A stretch of 64,000 bases of DNA from Desulfomicrobium sp. GTDB taxonomy: Bacteria; Desulfobacterota; Desulfovibrionia; Desulfovibrionales; Desulfomicrobiaceae. A model generated the notes under the pieces. The model saw only the letters and a program-made list of their open reading frames with translations. It was not told the DNA's origin and searched no databases. Position 1 is the first letter of the stretch. The number at the start of each line of letters is the position of its first letter. Below, piece by piece: positions 8,661 through 19,681 of this stretch. Location of the stretch: contig JAXGMI010000001.1 in assembly GCA_040768745.1 (NCBI GenBank), positions 928,001 through 992,000 of the forward strand, read 5' to 3'. Made by a program: the position numbers and the translations under genes.

Positions 8661-10898
8661 ATGGACCTTATGAAGATGCCGGCGGACCTGGCTGATGTTT
8701 CCCTCAATCCCAATGCCCAGGTAGTTCTCAGGAAGCGTTACCTGCGCAAGGGACTGGACGGAAAGCCCATCGAAACAGTCAAGGAAATGTTCTGGAGAGT
8801 GGCGGCAGGCATTGCATCCATGGAGAAGAACTACCAGCAGTCGCCATGGACAACCGAGAAACTGGCCCGTGCTTTCTATTCCATGATGACCCGATACGAT
8901 TTTCTGCCCAATTCACCGACACTGATGAACGCCGGCACGGATCTGGGTCAATTGGCGGCATGTTTCGTCCTCCCCGTGGGCGACTCCATGGATGAGATTT
9001 TTGATGCGGTGAAGCACGCTGCCCTGATCCATAAGTCAGGTGGAGGAACAGGTTTTTCCTTTTCCCGACTGAGGCCCAAGGACAGTCGTGTAGGTTCCAC
9101 CGGAGGAGTCGCCTCGGGTCCCATTTCGTTTTTGAAGATATTCAACACTGCGACGGAACAGGTCAAACAGGGTGGAACCCGGCGCGGGGCCAACATGGGT
9201 ATTCTCCGCGTCGATCATCCCGACATCATGGAATTTATCCGAGCCAAGGAACGAGAGGGAGATCTCAACAATTTCAATCTGTCCGTGGCCCTGACCGAAA
9301 AATTCATGCAGGCGGTGGAGAATGACGAGGAATACCCCCTCGTGGCCCCTCATACCAAGGAAATCATCGAATACCTGAAAGCCCGCGAGGTGTTTGACCT
9401 GCTTGTCCGCAAGGCATGGGAGAGCGGGGATCCCGGTATCATCTTCATCGACCGCATCAACCGCGACAACCCCAATCCCGACCAGGGGGAGATCGAAAGC
9501 ACCAATCCCTGCGGTGAGCAGCCCCTGCTGCCCTACGAGGCATGCAACCTCGGGTCCATCAATTTGGCCCGTTTTGTCCTGCAGAAGGACGAAAGCCTGG
9601 AAGTGGACTGGGACCGGTTGCGCGAAATCGTGCATCTGAGCGTGCGGTTCCTGGACAACGTCATCGATGCATCGGAATATCCCCTGCAGCGCATCACCGA
9701 CACGGTGCACAATAACCGCAAGATAGGATTGGGGATCATGGGCTGGGCTGATCTGCTCTATCAGCTCAAACTGCCCTACAACAGCCGCCGGGCCATCGCC
9801 CTGGCTGAGAAAATGATGGATTTCATCCAGAAGGAATCCAAATCCGCATCCAAGGAACTGGCCCGCGAACGGGGTGCGTTTCCGTCGTATGCGACCTCGA
9901 TCTATCAGGAACAAAACCTCGGGCCGTATCGTCACTCCACGACAACGACCATCGCGCCCACCGGGACTCTGTCCATCATCGCTGGTTGTTCCTCGGGCAT
10001 TGAACCGCTCTTTGCCCTTTGTTTTGTGCGTCAGGTCATGGATGGTGAAAAGCTGACCGAGGCCAACAGCCATTTCGTGCAGGCCCTCCATGAAGCAGGG
10101 TGCTTCACTGACAAGCTCATGGCCGAGGTGGTGGAAAAAGGCTCCATCCAGTCCATGGGGTATTTGCCTGACGAATTGCGAGCCATTTATGTGACGGCCA
10201 TGGACATCGAGCCGGTCTGGCATCTCAAAATGCAGGCTGCTTTCCAGAAGTACACGGACAACGCCGTGTCCAAGACTGTGAACCTGCCCAACTCCGCCAC
10301 CCAGGAAGATATCTTCAAAATCTATTGGATGGCCTATGAGGAAGGCTGCAAGGGCGTGACCGTGTACCGGGATGGATGCAAAAGCGTGCAGGTACTGTGC
10401 ACCGGTGACGGCAAGAAAGAGGAATCCACAAAGGAAGAGGAACGTCGTCCCATGGATCGTCCGGATATCGTGTACGGGTTTACCCAGAAGGTGCGCACCG
10501 GACTTGGCGACCTGTATCTGACCGTGAACGAACTCGACGGCCGGCCATTCGAAGTATTCACCACCATCGGTCGGTCAGGGCGTTCCATCACGGCCAAGGC
10601 CGAGGCCATCGGTCGTTTGGTGTCTCTGGCCTTGCGCTCAGGGGTGCATGTGCGGGAAATTGTCAAACAGCTTAAAGGCATCGGCGGTGAGCATCCGGTT
10701 TTTCAGAAAAAAGGTATGCTCCTCTCCATCCCCGACGCGGTGTCCTGGGTGCTGGAAAACCGCTATCTGCAGGGTGCGTCCCCGCGCAATCTCGACAAGT
10801 CCCTGTCCAAGACCGAATGCCCTGAGTGCTCCACGGAACTGGTTTTTCAGGAGGGTTGTTTTGTCTGTCCGTCGTGCGGGTTCACCAAATGCGGATGA
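8661..10898 (+). CDS. nrdJ: Class II (adenosylcobalamin-dependent) ribonucleotide reductase with C-terminal TSCPD-like domain and Zn ribbon
   Basis: FLPNSPTLMNAG, QLAACFV, GGGTGF.FS.LRP, QGG.RRGANMG, TNPCGEQ, EACNLGSINL, TIAPTGT, SKTVN, YRDG, C-terminal CPEC...CPSCG..KCG. Confidence 0.95.
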   Translation: MDLMKMPADLADVSLNPNAQVVLRKRYLRKGLDGKPIETVKEMFWRVAAGIASMEKNYQQSPWTTEKLARAFYSMMTRYDFLPNSPTLMNAGTDLGQLAACFVLPVGDSMDEIFDAVKHAALIHKSGGGTGFSFSRLRPKDSRVGSTGGVASGPISFLKIFNTATEQVKQGGTRRGANMGILRVDHPDIMEFIRAKEREGDLNNFNLSVALTEKFMQAVENDEEYPLVAPHTKEIIEYLKAREVFDLLVRKAWESGDPGIIFIDRINRDNPNPDQGEIESTNPCGEQPLLPYEACNLGSINLARFVLQKDESLEVDWDRLREIVHLSVRFLDNVIDASEYPLQRITDTVHNNRKIGLGIMGWADLLYQLKLPYNSRRAIALAEKMMDFIQKESKSASKELARERGAFPSYATSIYQEQNLGPYRHSTTTTIAPTGTLSIIAGCSSGIEPLFALCFVRQVMDGEKLTEANSHFVQALHEAGCFTDKLMAEVVEKGSIQSMGYLPDELRAIYVTAMDIEPVWHLKMQAAFQKYTDNAVSKTVNLPNSATQEDIFKIYWMAYEEGCKGVTVYRDGCKSVQVLCTGDGKKEESTKEEERRPMDRPDIVYGFTQKVRTGLGDLYLTVNELDGRPFEVFTTIGRSGRSITAKAEAIGRLVSLALRSGVHVREIVKQLKGIGGEHPVFQKKGMLLSIPDAVSWVLENRYLQGASPRNLDKSLSKTECPECSTELVFQEGCFVCPSCGFTKCG

Positions 10899-10999
10899 GC
10901 AATGGATCACGCTTTGAATCGGGTTGGATCGACCATCAAGCCGCGCTGGTTTGCCACCCTTGTTGGATGTAAGAGGCAGACGGATCAGGGGGAAAGGGC

Positions 11000-11677
11000 A
11001 TGATCACCATCTCCAAGCTATCCTATTCCTTTGGCAGGCAATTGGCCTTGAAGGATATCAGTTTTTCCATGAAACAAGGGGAATTCGTGTTCCTGTGCGG
11101 ACCATCCGGAGCAGGCAAGACCACCCTCATGCGCATTCTGCACGGGGCCTTGCCAGTACAGAGGGGCAAGGTCGACGTCGCCGGATATGACTTGAACACG
11201 TTGACAGAGAGCCGCAAACATCTGCTGCGCAGGGATGTCAGCGTGGTGTTCCAGGATTTCAAAATCCTGCCCAATCAGACCGTATTCGCCAATGTCGGAC
11301 TCCCCCTTGTGGTGCGCGGCATCGCCCGGCATATCATCGACAAGAGGGTGAGGGCCGTACTGCGCAGCCTGCATCTCGATCAGAAGGCAGGGGTTCCATG
11401 TGAGGAACTTTCCGGTGGCGAACAGCAGCGCGTAGCCGTGGCCCGCGCTGTGGTGGTCAAGCCGAAACTCCTTTTGGCCGATGAACCCACAGGCAATCTG
11501 GACCGTGAGCTATCTTTGCGCATGATGGATATTTTTCAGCAGTTCCATCGCTTCGGTACATCGATCATGATCGCGACCCACAATCAGGAAATCATGGAGC
11601 GCATGGCCGAGGCACGCATCGTCACCCTGGAGGATGGAGTCATGCATGAAGGCAAAAAAAACGGAGATCAGCAATGA
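11000..11677 (+). CDS. ftsE: Cell division ATP-binding protein FtsE
   Basis: GPSGAGKTT, VFQDFK, LSGGEQQRVAVARA, ADEPTGNLD; followed by ftsX. Confidence 0.92.
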   Translation: MITISKLSYSFGRQLALKDISFSMKQGEFVFLCGPSGAGKTTLMRILHGALPVQRGKVDVAGYDLNTLTESRKHLLRRDVSVVFQDFKILPNQTVFANVGLPLVVRGIARHIIDKRVRAVLRSLHLDQKAGVPCEELSGGEQQRVAVARAVVVKPKLLLADEPTGNLDRELSLRMMDIFQQFHRFGTSIMIATHNQEIMERMAEARIVTLEDGVMHEGKKNGDQQ

Positions 11678-12546
11678 ACGTTTTTTTCCGTCTTCTGTTC
11701 CAGGGCGTGCGGGATTTGTTCCGCAGCCCGTGGTCCCTGTGCATGACCTTGGCCGCCATAACCCTGGTCACGTTTCTGGGAAGCGCCTTTCTCATGCTCG
11801 TGCACAATCTGAACCTGCAACTTGGTACGCGACATGGCAATGTGCAGTTTCAAGTCTATTGGGGCGGAAACGCAACCCAGGCGGAAATGCAAGAGGTCTG
11901 GGGGGCACTTTCTTCCATACAAGGGGTAGTCAATGTGCGCACCTTCACTCCGGACCAGGCCCTGGAAGTCCTGTCCGAGTCCTTTCAGAAGAGTGTGGAC
12001 CTTGAATGGATGAAGGGACGCAGTCCCCTGCCGCCCACGGCGTTGGTGGAATGTGAAATGCCGGAGGATGGCCAGAAGAAATGGGCCGCGGCCATGGTGG
12101 ATCGCTTGCAGGCCTTGCCCAAGGTGCAGAAAGTCAGCTTCAACCCCTTGCAGGTGGACGTGCTCAGTTCCTGGGTAGGCTTCACCCGCATGGCCTTCTG
12201 GCCGGTGATGGGATTTCTGCTCACTGTCGTGGCCCTGGTGGTCGGGAATACCATCAAGCTGGCCTTGCTCGTCCGGCGTGAGGAACTGGAAATTCTGCGT
12301 TTCGTGGGGGCCAGTCGGGCCTATATCCAGTTCCCCCTGCTCGTGGGAGGTGCGTTCCAGGGCTTTCTGGCTTCTGGCGTGGCCCTGGTTCTGCTCAAGC
12401 TTGTGCATCATGCCATCGAAAACCTGCTCAATGTCCCGCCGCTGTGGATATCCATTTTCTTTCTTCCAAATCTCTACATCCTGGCCATCCTAAGCGTTCT
12501 GGCCGGAGTGGGTGTGATCAGCTCATGTGTTGCCCTTCGCAACTGA
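11674..12546 (+). CDS. ftsX: Cell division permease FtsX
   Basis: Four-TM layout, NTIKL...RREE..ILRFVGAS..YI..P; overlaps ftsE by 4 nt. Confidence 0.9.
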   Translation: MNVFFRLLFQGVRDLFRSPWSLCMTLAAITLVTFLGSAFLMLVHNLNLQLGTRHGNVQFQVYWGGNATQAEMQEVWGALSSIQGVVNVRTFTPDQALEVLSESFQKSVDLEWMKGRSPLPPTALVECEMPEDGQKKWAAAMVDRLQALPKVQKVSFNPLQVDVLSSWVGFTRMAFWPVMGFLLTVVALVVGNTIKLALLVRREELEILRFVGASRAYIQFPLLVGGAFQGFLASGVALVLLKLVHHAIENLLNVPPLWISIFFLPNLYILAILSVLAGVGVISSCVALRN

Positions 12547-12564
12547 AACACAACGAGGATACTC

Positions 12565-14235
12565 ATGAATCGTAGCGATACAATGCTCAAAGGTCTGGAA
12601 AAAGCTCCCCATCGTTCCTTGCTCTTCGCCCTGGGTATGACCCGGGAGGAGATGAACCGGCCGCTCATTGGTGTGGTCAACTCGGCCAATGAAATCATTC
12701 CCGGACATATGCATCTGGACATCATCGCCCAGGCCGTCAAGGACGGTATCCGCATGGCCGGAGGCACGCCCATGGAATTTCCGACCATCGGCGTGTGCGA
12801 CGGACTGGCCATGAACCACGAGGGCATGAAGATGAGCCTGCCCAGCCGCGAACTCATTGCGGATTCCATCGAGATTTCAGCCACGGCAGTTCCCTTCGAC
12901 GGTTTGGTCTTCATTCCCAACTGCGACAAGATTGTGCCGGGCATGCTCATGGCCATGCTGCGTCTGAACATCCCGTCCATCATCGTCAGCGGGGGGCCCA
13001 TGCTGGCGGGCAAGCTCGATGGCAAGGCCGTGGACCTGATCACGGTTTTCGAGGGCGTCGGCAAAGTCAAGACCGGGGCCATGACCGAAGAGGAGCTGGG
13101 GCGCATGGAGGAATGCGCCTGCCCAGGCTGCGGGTCCTGCGCGGGCATGTTCACGGCCAATTCCATGAACTGCCTGTCCGAGGCCCTGGGTCTGGCCCTG
13201 CCGGGCAACGGAACTGTCCCGGCCCCGACCAGCGCACGCATCCGTCTGGCCAAGGAGGCCGGGATGCAGGTCATGGATTTGGTCGAAAAGAACATCCGGC
13301 CGCGGGACATTGTGACCGAGAAAAGCGTGGCCAACGGCGTGACTGTGGACATGGCCCTGGGCTGTTCGACCAATACGGTCCTGCACCTGCCAGCCATTTT
13401 CCGGGAAGCCGAATTGGCTCTGACCTTGGACATTTTTGACGAAATCAGTCGAAAGACCCCGAATCTCTGCCGCCTTTCCCCGGCCGGGCCGCACCACATA
13501 TCAGACCTGCATGAGGCCGGGGGCATCCAGGCCGTCATGGCCCAATTGGCTGCCAGCGGCAGGATGAACACCGACGTGCTGACCGTTACCGGGAAGACAC
13601 TGGGTGAAAATTTTTCGATCCTGAAGCCGCGTATCCTGCGGCCCGAAGTGATCCGCTCCGTAGCCGATCCTTATTCGCCGGAAGGAGGCATCGCCATCCT
13701 GCGGGGTAATCTGGCCCTGGACGGGGCGGTGGTCAAACAGTCCGCCGTGGCCCCGGAGATGATGCAGCGCACGGGCACGGCCAGGGTGTTCGAAGGCGAG
13801 GATGTGGCCGTGGCCGCCATTCTGGGGGGGAAAATCAAGGCCGGGGACGTTGTCGTCATCCGCAACGAAGGACCCGTGGGCGGGCCTGGCATGCGCGAGA
13901 TGTTGACGCCCACCTCGGTCATTTCCGGTCTGGGTCTTGGCGGGGAAGTGGCCCTGCTGACCGACGGCCGCTTCAGCGGCGGGACGCGGGGCGCGGCCAT
14001 CGGACACATCAGCCCCGAGGCGGCTGAGGGTGGAGTCATCGGACTGGTCCAGGAGGGGGATCAGATCAAGATCGACATCCCTGGCCGCACTCTGCAGTTG
14101 TTGGTGGACGAGGTTGAACTGGAAAGACGCCGGCAGGGGTGGAAACCGTACCCCAAAGAAATCAAGTCCTCCATCCTGCGCCGGTACAGTCGAATGGCCT
14201 CTTCGGCGGCCAAGGGAGCGGTGACCAAGATCTGA
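12565..14235 (+). CDS. ilvD: Dihydroxy-acid dehydratase
   Basis: [68 protein letters not shown]. Confidence 0.97.
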   Translation: MNRSDTMLKGLEKAPHRSLLFALGMTREEMNRPLIGVVNSANEIIPGHMHLDIIAQAVKDGIRMAGGTPMEFPTIGVCDGLAMNHEGMKMSLPSRELIADSIEISATAVPFDGLVFIPNCDKIVPGMLMAMLRLNIPSIIVSGGPMLAGKLDGKAVDLITVFEGVGKVKTGAMTEEELGRMEECACPGCGSCAGMFTANSMNCLSEALGLALPGNGTVPAPTSARIRLAKEAGMQVMDLVEKNIRPRDIVTEKSVANGVTVDMALGCSTNTVLHLPAIFREAELALTLDIFDEISRKTPNLCRLSPAGPHHISDLHEAGGIQAVMAQLAASGRMNTDVLTVTGKTLGENFSILKPRILRPEVIRSVADPYSPEGGIAILRGNLALDGAVVKQSAVAPEMMQRTGTARVFEGEDVAVAAILGGKIKAGDVVVIRNEGPVGGPGMREMLTPTSVISGLGLGGEVALLTDGRFSGGTRGAAIGHISPEAAEGGVIGLVQEGDQIKIDIPGRTLQLLVDEVELERRRQGWKPYPKEIKSSILRRYSRMASSAAKGAVTKI

Positions 14236-14963
14236 TGCTCTGGGATTCCAAGGAAAGCGCCCTGCGCTATGACCAGTGGGCCAAGACCCCCCAAGGCGCC
14301 TTTGCCCTGCGGCAGGAGGAAAAGCTGCTGCAGGGCGTCATTGCGCCCTGGCCCAGGCGCAAGCAGAAACTCGTGGACATCGGTTGCGGCACGGGCCTTT
14401 TCCTGGAATTTTTCTGGTCCTGCGGGTTCGACCTGACCGGCATCGACAGCAGTCCGGCTATGCTGGCCCTGGCCCGGGACAAGATTGGGCATCGGGCTGA
14501 CCTGCATGTGGGCTGGGCCGAACACCTGCCCTTTGAGGACAGGGAATTCGATTACGCCGCCCTGACGACCGTGCTGGAGTTCGTGGACAATCCGGGCGAG
14601 GTACTGCGCGAGGCGATGCGTGTGGTACGCAAGGGCATTGTGCTCATGTTTCTGAACCGCTTTTCCATGTATGGCTGTTCCGCGCGGCTCTTCAGGAAAA
14701 AAACGTTCCTGTCCCGGGCACACTGGTTCTCTTGGCTGGAGATGCGCGGCCTGATCCAGAAAAATCTGTCCCCTGGCCTCATCGAAGCCAGGTCCATTCT
14801 GCTCGGACCCCCGTCTACGTGGAATCAGGCACCCGTCTTTCGCCACGTGAACAGCCTGCCCGTTTTTCCCTGGCTCGGGGCCGTCACGGCCGTGCGCATC
14901 GATCTGACCGCGCCGCCAGCCCAGACTCCGCTGATGGCCTGGAACACTGAACCAACGGTGTAG
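14235..14963 (+). CDS. Class I SAM-dependent methyltransferase
   Basis: LVDIGCGTG, GIDSS..ML, AEHLPF.D..FD, LEFV. ATG overlaps the ilvD stop (TGATG). Confidence 0.85.
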   Translation: MLWDSKESALRYDQWAKTPQGAFALRQEEKLLQGVIAPWPRRKQKLVDIGCGTGLFLEFFWSCGFDLTGIDSSPAMLALARDKIGHRADLHVGWAEHLPFEDREFDYAALTTVLEFVDNPGEVLREAMRVVRKGIVLMFLNRFSMYGCSARLFRKKTFLSRAHWFSWLEMRGLIQKNLSPGLIEARSILLGPPSTWNQAPVFRHVNSLPVFPWLGAVTAVRIDLTAPPAQTPLMAWNTEPTV

Positions 14964-15020
14964 CGGAGATGCGGCAGCCTCTGGCGCCCTGGGCTGAGGC
15001 GGTCGTTTCCGCAGCTTTTT

Positions 15021-15779
15021 CTAGGCTCCGTGCACCAGGCTGCAGACCTCTTCCAAGGCCTTGGCCGGATTGTCCTGTTGAAAGATGTTGCGGCCGATGC
15101 ACACTCCTGCCGCGCCAGCGTCCAGTACTTCCCGCACCATGCGCAAAAAGGATCGGAAATCCCCGCTCCTGGGTCCGCCGCCGATGACCACGGGCGCCGG
15201 GCAGGCAGCCACGGCCCGGGCGAAACTCTGCTGGCTGCCGCAGTAGGGAACTTTGATCACGTCCGCACCCAGTTCAGCCCCGATGCGGATGCTGTGTGCC
15301 ACCAGGGCAGGGTCGTTCTCGTTCACGATCTGCCCACCTCGCGCATAGATCATGGCCAGCAGGGGCAAACCCAGCTGGTGGGCATCTTCCACGCAGGCCC
15401 CGAGGTCTGAAAGCATGCGGTCCTCCAGATCGTTGCCGATGTTGATGTGCATGGAAACCATGTCCGCGCCCAGGCGCAGGGCCTCCTGCACCGAGCAGAC
15501 CAGAGCCTTGTTATAGAACGGGAGCCCATGCCGGGTACCGGCTGAAAGGTGAACGATGAGGGCTTGGTCCAGGCGGACCTCCCCGGCATGGGCCATGACC
15601 ATACCCTTGTGCAGGATCACACCCTGTACGGGCAGTCGGCTCAGGCTGCGCAGTAGGCTGCCCAGATCCTCCAGGCCCGGGATGGTCCCTTCGGACAGGC
15701 CGTGGTCCAGCGGCAGGAGGATGGTCCGCTTTGATTCCGGATGAAAGAGGCGGGCTGCCTTGCGCAGGTTTCCTATCAT
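15021..15779 (-). CDS. DhnA-type class I aldolase (possible 2-amino-3,7-dideoxy-D-threo-hept-6-ulosonate synthase-like)
   Basis: LPLDHG, ILHKG, HLSAGT, GADMVS.HINIG, AMIYARG, ELGADVIKVPY, GGGP, GVCIGRNIFQ. Confidence 0.85.
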   Translation of the reverse strand: MIGNLRKAARLFHPESKRTILLPLDHGLSEGTIPGLEDLGSLLRSLSRLPVQGVILHKGMVMAHAGEVRLDQALIVHLSAGTRHGLPFYNKALVCSVQEALRLGADMVSMHINIGNDLEDRMLSDLGACVEDAHQLGLPLLAMIYARGGQIVNENDPALVAHSIRIGAELGADVIKVPYCGSQQSFARAVAACPAPVVIGGGPRSGDFRSFLRMVREVLDAGAAGVCIGRNIFQQDNPAKALEEVCSLVHGA

Positions 15780-15796
15780 GGTGTTCTCCTGTTGCG

Positions 15797-17041
15797 TTAC
15801 CGGTCAGACCATAGGCAGCGTCTGCCTTTGACGGTCAGAAAACCGAGGGGAAGGTTGCGGAAATAAAGGGGCCGCTGTTTGGCGTTCCCTTCATAGGGCC
15901 GGCTCTGTCCGGCCAGCAGGGCGTGAACGTCCCTGGGCTCGTCAAGGATCAGGGACTCCGCGTCGGCTGTGGGCGGGACAAAGAGGCGCAGGCCAGGATA
16001 GGGCAGGAGCGCCCCTTTGGCCATCTTGCCCACACCAAAGCCCTGCCAGCGGAGACCGTGCGGGAGAAACGCGGTCTTGTCCACGATCAGGTAGAGCCTG
16101 CCCCCGGTGCCCAGAAAACTGTGTGGGGGCAGCCAAGTGCTGTCCAGTCTGGTCAAGGCGGAAAATTCCTGAGCCGAAAAGGTCTGTCCGGGGAGGCGGA
16201 CAGGATCGGGTTGTTTCTGTTCTCTGACCATGCCTGGCTTGGTCAGGCCGGCCAGGAAAAAGCCTTGGGCCGCACTGCCGGCTCCATCCACCAGCAGGCA
16301 TCCGGGAAGGGACTGAGCGAAGCTGAAGCCGGCGAATGGGGGCAAGGGCAAGGGTAAAAGTCCGAGATGGTCGATGGCGAACCGGACCTGCTCCTCGTTC
16401 TCGCGGACATTGGTGGTGCAGGTCGAATAAATGAGCCTGCCGCCGGGAGCGAGAATCCGGGCCGCCTTGGCCAGCAGGCTGCGCTGAAGGGTTTCCAGCG
16501 GGGCGGTCTTGTCCCCGGCCCAGATCTGGATTGCCCTGGGGTTTTTGTCCAGGGTGCCCCACCCGCTGCAGGGCGCATCGAGCAGGATATTGGGCCAGGA
16601 ATCGTCCCCCAGGGGCAGGTCCTGGCCTTCGTAGCGGCAGGTGATCACGTTGCAGCAGCCCAGGTGGCGCATGTTCACGCGCAGGGTGGCCAGCCGGTCA
16701 GGACTGGGCTCATTGGCCAGAACCAGGCCTGCGGGACCGGTCAGGCTGGAGAGCATGCCGGTCTTGCTGCCCGGGCTCGCGCACATGTCCAGGATCATCT
16801 CTCCCCTGTCCGGGTTCAGGGCCAGGGGCGGAAGCATGGAGGATTTGTCCTGGATGTAGATGTATCCGAACAGGGACGCGATGCTGCGTCCCAGGGGCAG
16901 GGGTTCCGCTGTCAAGGTCCTGGCAAGCGGGGAAAAAGGCTCCTGGTGGAAGCGGAATCCCTCGGCTTCAAGCAGGGTTTCCACGTCCGGGATTTGGTCC
17001 GGTTGGCAGACAAGGCGGAAGGAGCGGGTCGCGTTTTTCAT
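15797..17041 (-). CDS. RsmB/RsmF (NOL1/NOP2/Sun) rRNA m5C methyltransferase
   Basis: YIQDKSSM, LDMCASPGSKT, LLDAPCSG.G, YSTCT...ENE. Confidence 0.9.
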   Translation of the reverse strand: MKNATRSFRLVCQPDQIPDVETLLEAEGFRFHQEPFSPLARTLTAEPLPLGRSIASLFGYIYIQDKSSMLPPLALNPDRGEMILDMCASPGSKTGMLSSLTGPAGLVLANEPSPDRLATLRVNMRHLGCCNVITCRYEGQDLPLGDDSWPNILLDAPCSGWGTLDKNPRAIQIWAGDKTAPLETLQRSLLAKAARILAPGGRLIYSTCTTNVRENEEQVRFAIDHLGLLPLPLPPFAGFSFAQSLPGCLLVDGAGSAAQGFFLAGLTKPGMVREQKQPDPVRLPGQTFSAQEFSALTRLDSTWLPPHSFLGTGGRLYLIVDKTAFLPHGLRWQGFGVGKMAKGALLPYPGLRLFVPPTADAESLILDEPRDVHALLAGQSRPYEGNAKQRPLYFRNLPLGFLTVKGRRCLWSDR

Positions 17042-17114
17042 TCGGCATGAAGTGCAGCTGTTTGACAAGCCCTGCTCTAGCCCTCAAGAAAGGACCTGTC
17101 AAAGCGGAGGCCCC

Positions 17115-18038
17115 ATGCAGTCGATCAGAACGTCCGTGCAGGTGGTGGACGTCGGCCCTGAGGAAGGCGGCCGAAAGCTGCTTTCGTTTCTGGAGGCACG
17201 GCTCGGGCATCTGCCCCCGGCCCTGCTCATGCGTCTGGTGCGCACCGGGCAGGTCCGTATCGACGGCCGTCGGTGCAAGCCCTTTGACCGGGTGCTGAGC
17301 GGCCAGAAAGTGCGTATCCCTCCGGTGTCCGTCCAACAGGACGAAGGGGTTGTGAAGCCCTTGCCGGGACTTGTCCGCGTGCACGAGGATGCGGACATGG
17401 TCGTGGTGGACAAACCAGCCGGCCTGCCGGTCCACCCCGGGACGGGGTGGCGGGATTCCGTATACGACCGGCTCAAGCGCATGTTCGCGGGCCAGGTCTT
17501 TGTCCCGGTGCCTGTGCATCGCCTGGACCGGGACACCTCGGGGCTGCTGCTCTGCGCCAAGACCCATGATTTTCTGCGCGCCATGCATGCGGCCTGGGGT
17601 GCGGTGACCAAGGCCTATCTGTGCTGGGTCGAAGGCAGGTGGGAATCCCGCGGCTGGCAAACCATGGCCTCGGACCTGGGCAAGGCCGGAGTCCCAGGCC
17701 GGGAGCGCATGGTTCCTGGCCAAGGTAAACGGGCCGTGACCCATGTCCATACCCTGCACGCCGGCAGGAAAATGAGCCTCCTTCTGGTCGTGCTTGGCAC
17801 GGGCCGGACCCACCAGATCCGGGTCCATCTGGCCGAAAGGGGGCATCCCATTGTGGGGGATCCCAAGTACGGCCACGGCCAGGGGCTGCTCCTGCATGCC
17901 GCTCTGCTGGCCTGGAGCGGACACCGCTTTTTTCTGCTTCCCCCCTGGCTTGGCGATTTTCAACCTGAAGCCGGTCTTGCCCAGGCGGTCAGCGATATTC
18001 TTGCCATTGCCCCCGCCAAGGAGAGGGGGGCCCTATGA
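17115..18038 (+). CDS. RluA/RluC-family pseudouridine synthase with S4 domain
   Basis: KPAGLPVHPG, VHRLDRDTSG, TGRTHQIRVH, HPIVGD.KYG, LHA. GGAGG RBS before ATG 17115. Confidence 0.9.
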   Translation: MQSIRTSVQVVDVGPEEGGRKLLSFLEARLGHLPPALLMRLVRTGQVRIDGRRCKPFDRVLSGQKVRIPPVSVQQDEGVVKPLPGLVRVHEDADMVVVDKPAGLPVHPGTGWRDSVYDRLKRMFAGQVFVPVPVHRLDRDTSGLLLCAKTHDFLRAMHAAWGAVTKAYLCWVEGRWESRGWQTMASDLGKAGVPGRERMVPGQGKRAVTHVHTLHAGRKMSLLLVVLGTGRTHQIRVHLAERGHPIVGDPKYGHGQGLLLHAALLAWSGHRFFLLPPWLGDFQPEAGLAQAVSDILAIAPAKERGAL

Positions 18039-19591
18039 CCGAACAGCGCAACGCATTCGTGTATTGGACCGTCGGCATCCTGCTCGTGTGCCTGACCACC
18101 TGGATCAGATACTGGTTCGTGGCCTCTGGCCAGCTCAATCTTGCCCCGGACGAGGCCCAGTACTGGGACTGGAGCCGAACCCTGCAGTGGTCCTACTATT
18201 CCAAGGGGCCTCTCATCGCGTTCATCAACCGCCTGGGGACCATGGCCTTCGGCCCCACGGAACTGGGTGTACGCAGCGGGGCCATTGTTGGCTCGGCCAT
18301 CATGCAGCTGGCCGTTCTGGGCTGGGTCGGCGGGTTCATGGGCCGCATCCGTACGGCTTTCTGGACCCTGGTGATTCTCAACACGACCCTGCTTTTCATG
18401 GCCGGGGGCCTGCTCATGACCACGGACAACCCGCTGCTGGTCTGCTGGATCTTGGGCATGGTCTGCCTGCACGTGGCCATGGAAAAAAACAGCCTACCCG
18501 CTTTCGTGGTCCTGGGATTGTGCTTGGCCCTGGGGATCATGGCCAAGTACACCATGCTCCTTTTCCTTCCCCTGGCCGTGGTGGCCAGTCTGTGGATCGG
18601 CCGCACCCACACCCTGGGCGAGGGCTACTGGCCCAGGCTGTTGAAGGCACTGGGCATCGGCGGGCTACTCGGGGTTTTGCCCATCGTGGTATGGAACGCG
18701 ACCCATGGCTGGGTCGGGATAAAGCACGTCCTTTACCGTGGAGCCATGGCCGGGGATAAAGCCCAGGTGTTTTTCCGGGTCGATAAATTTCCCGAATACC
18801 TGGCCAGCCAGATCGGCGTCCTCACGCCATGGTGGTTTCTGTTCCTGATCCTGGGAGCGTGGGCCGTGGTGCGCCGGCTTCTGGCCCGCAACGGGCACGG
18901 GGAAGCCTATGGCCTGGACCGCAAGGTGGGCATTATCCTGACCGTCTTTTTCTGGCCGGTGTGGCTTTTTTTCCTGTTCTGGAGTCTGCACACCAAGGTC
19001 GAGGCCAACTGGTCGGCCACGGCCTATCCGGCCGGGATCCTCCTTGCAGCCCTGGCCGTGGAGGCCTTCATGCGCCGGGAGCCGAGGTCGAGATGGCGCT
19101 GGACCTGGCCCACCCTGGGCGCGGCGGTTTTTCTGCTTCTGCACATGGTTGCCTTCATCCCCGTGGACAGCCCCAAAAACCCTGTGCACCGGCTGCTGGG
19201 ATGGGCAGATCTGGGGCAGCAGGTCCACCATGCGTCCACTGAGATGGGTGATCCTGACACGATTTTTGTCTTTGGGACGGAATACGGATTCACGGCGGAA
19301 CTGTCCTTCTACGTCCCGGGGCAGCGACGGGCCTACTGTCTGGCAGGAGGCCGGAAGATGAACCAGTACGATTTGTGGCCCGGTCCGGGGCCGGAGTACA
19401 CAGGGGCGATTCTGGTGGCCAAAGGGGAGAAGGGGGAGGTTTCGGAGCGGGTCAGGGAACTGTTCGAGAGCGTGGATGGGCCCCGGATCGTCACGACGCG
19501 CCACGGCCTCCGGCTCGGCCAGACATTCACCCTGTTCCTGTGCCGGGGGTACAAGGGGATATGGCCGGCGCAGGAAGGCTCGACGTTTTGA
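18035..19591 (+). CDS. ArnT/PMT-like (GT39/GT83) integral membrane glycosyltransferase
   Basis: LAPDEAQYWDW, YYSKGPL, TTDNPL, AKYTM; many TM helices and a C-terminal soluble domain. Confidence 0.85.
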   Translation: MTEQRNAFVYWTVGILLVCLTTWIRYWFVASGQLNLAPDEAQYWDWSRTLQWSYYSKGPLIAFINRLGTMAFGPTELGVRSGAIVGSAIMQLAVLGWVGGFMGRIRTAFWTLVILNTTLLFMAGGLLMTTDNPLLVCWILGMVCLHVAMEKNSLPAFVVLGLCLALGIMAKYTMLLFLPLAVVASLWIGRTHTLGEGYWPRLLKALGIGGLLGVLPIVVWNATHGWVGIKHVLYRGAMAGDKAQVFFRVDKFPEYLASQIGVLTPWWFLFLILGAWAVVRRLLARNGHGEAYGLDRKVGIILTVFFWPVWLFFLFWSLHTKVEANWSATAYPAGILLAALAVEAFMRREPRSRWRWTWPTLGAAVFLLLHMVAFIPVDSPKNPVHRLLGWADLGQQVHHASTEMGDPDTIFVFGTEYGFTAELSFYVPGQRRAYCLAGGRKMNQYDLWPGPGPEYTGAILVAKGEKGEVSERVRELFESVDGPRIVTTRHGLRLGQTFTLFLCRGYKGIWPAQEGSTF

Positions 19592-19681
19592 TGTCCGGTC
19601 CCGGCGGAAGGTGACCTCGCCGGTGCACAGCATCCTGAAAAGGGGGTACGCCTTCGGTCCGCCCGTGTTCTGGATGAGGGA

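Noticed and set aside
10896..11003. Frame stays open after the nrdJ UGA (33-aa ORF ending at the ftsE ATGA); possible readthrough or small protein
   Set aside because: NrdJ already ends in a typical ..KCG terminus; no SECIS-like hairpin and no convincing RBS.
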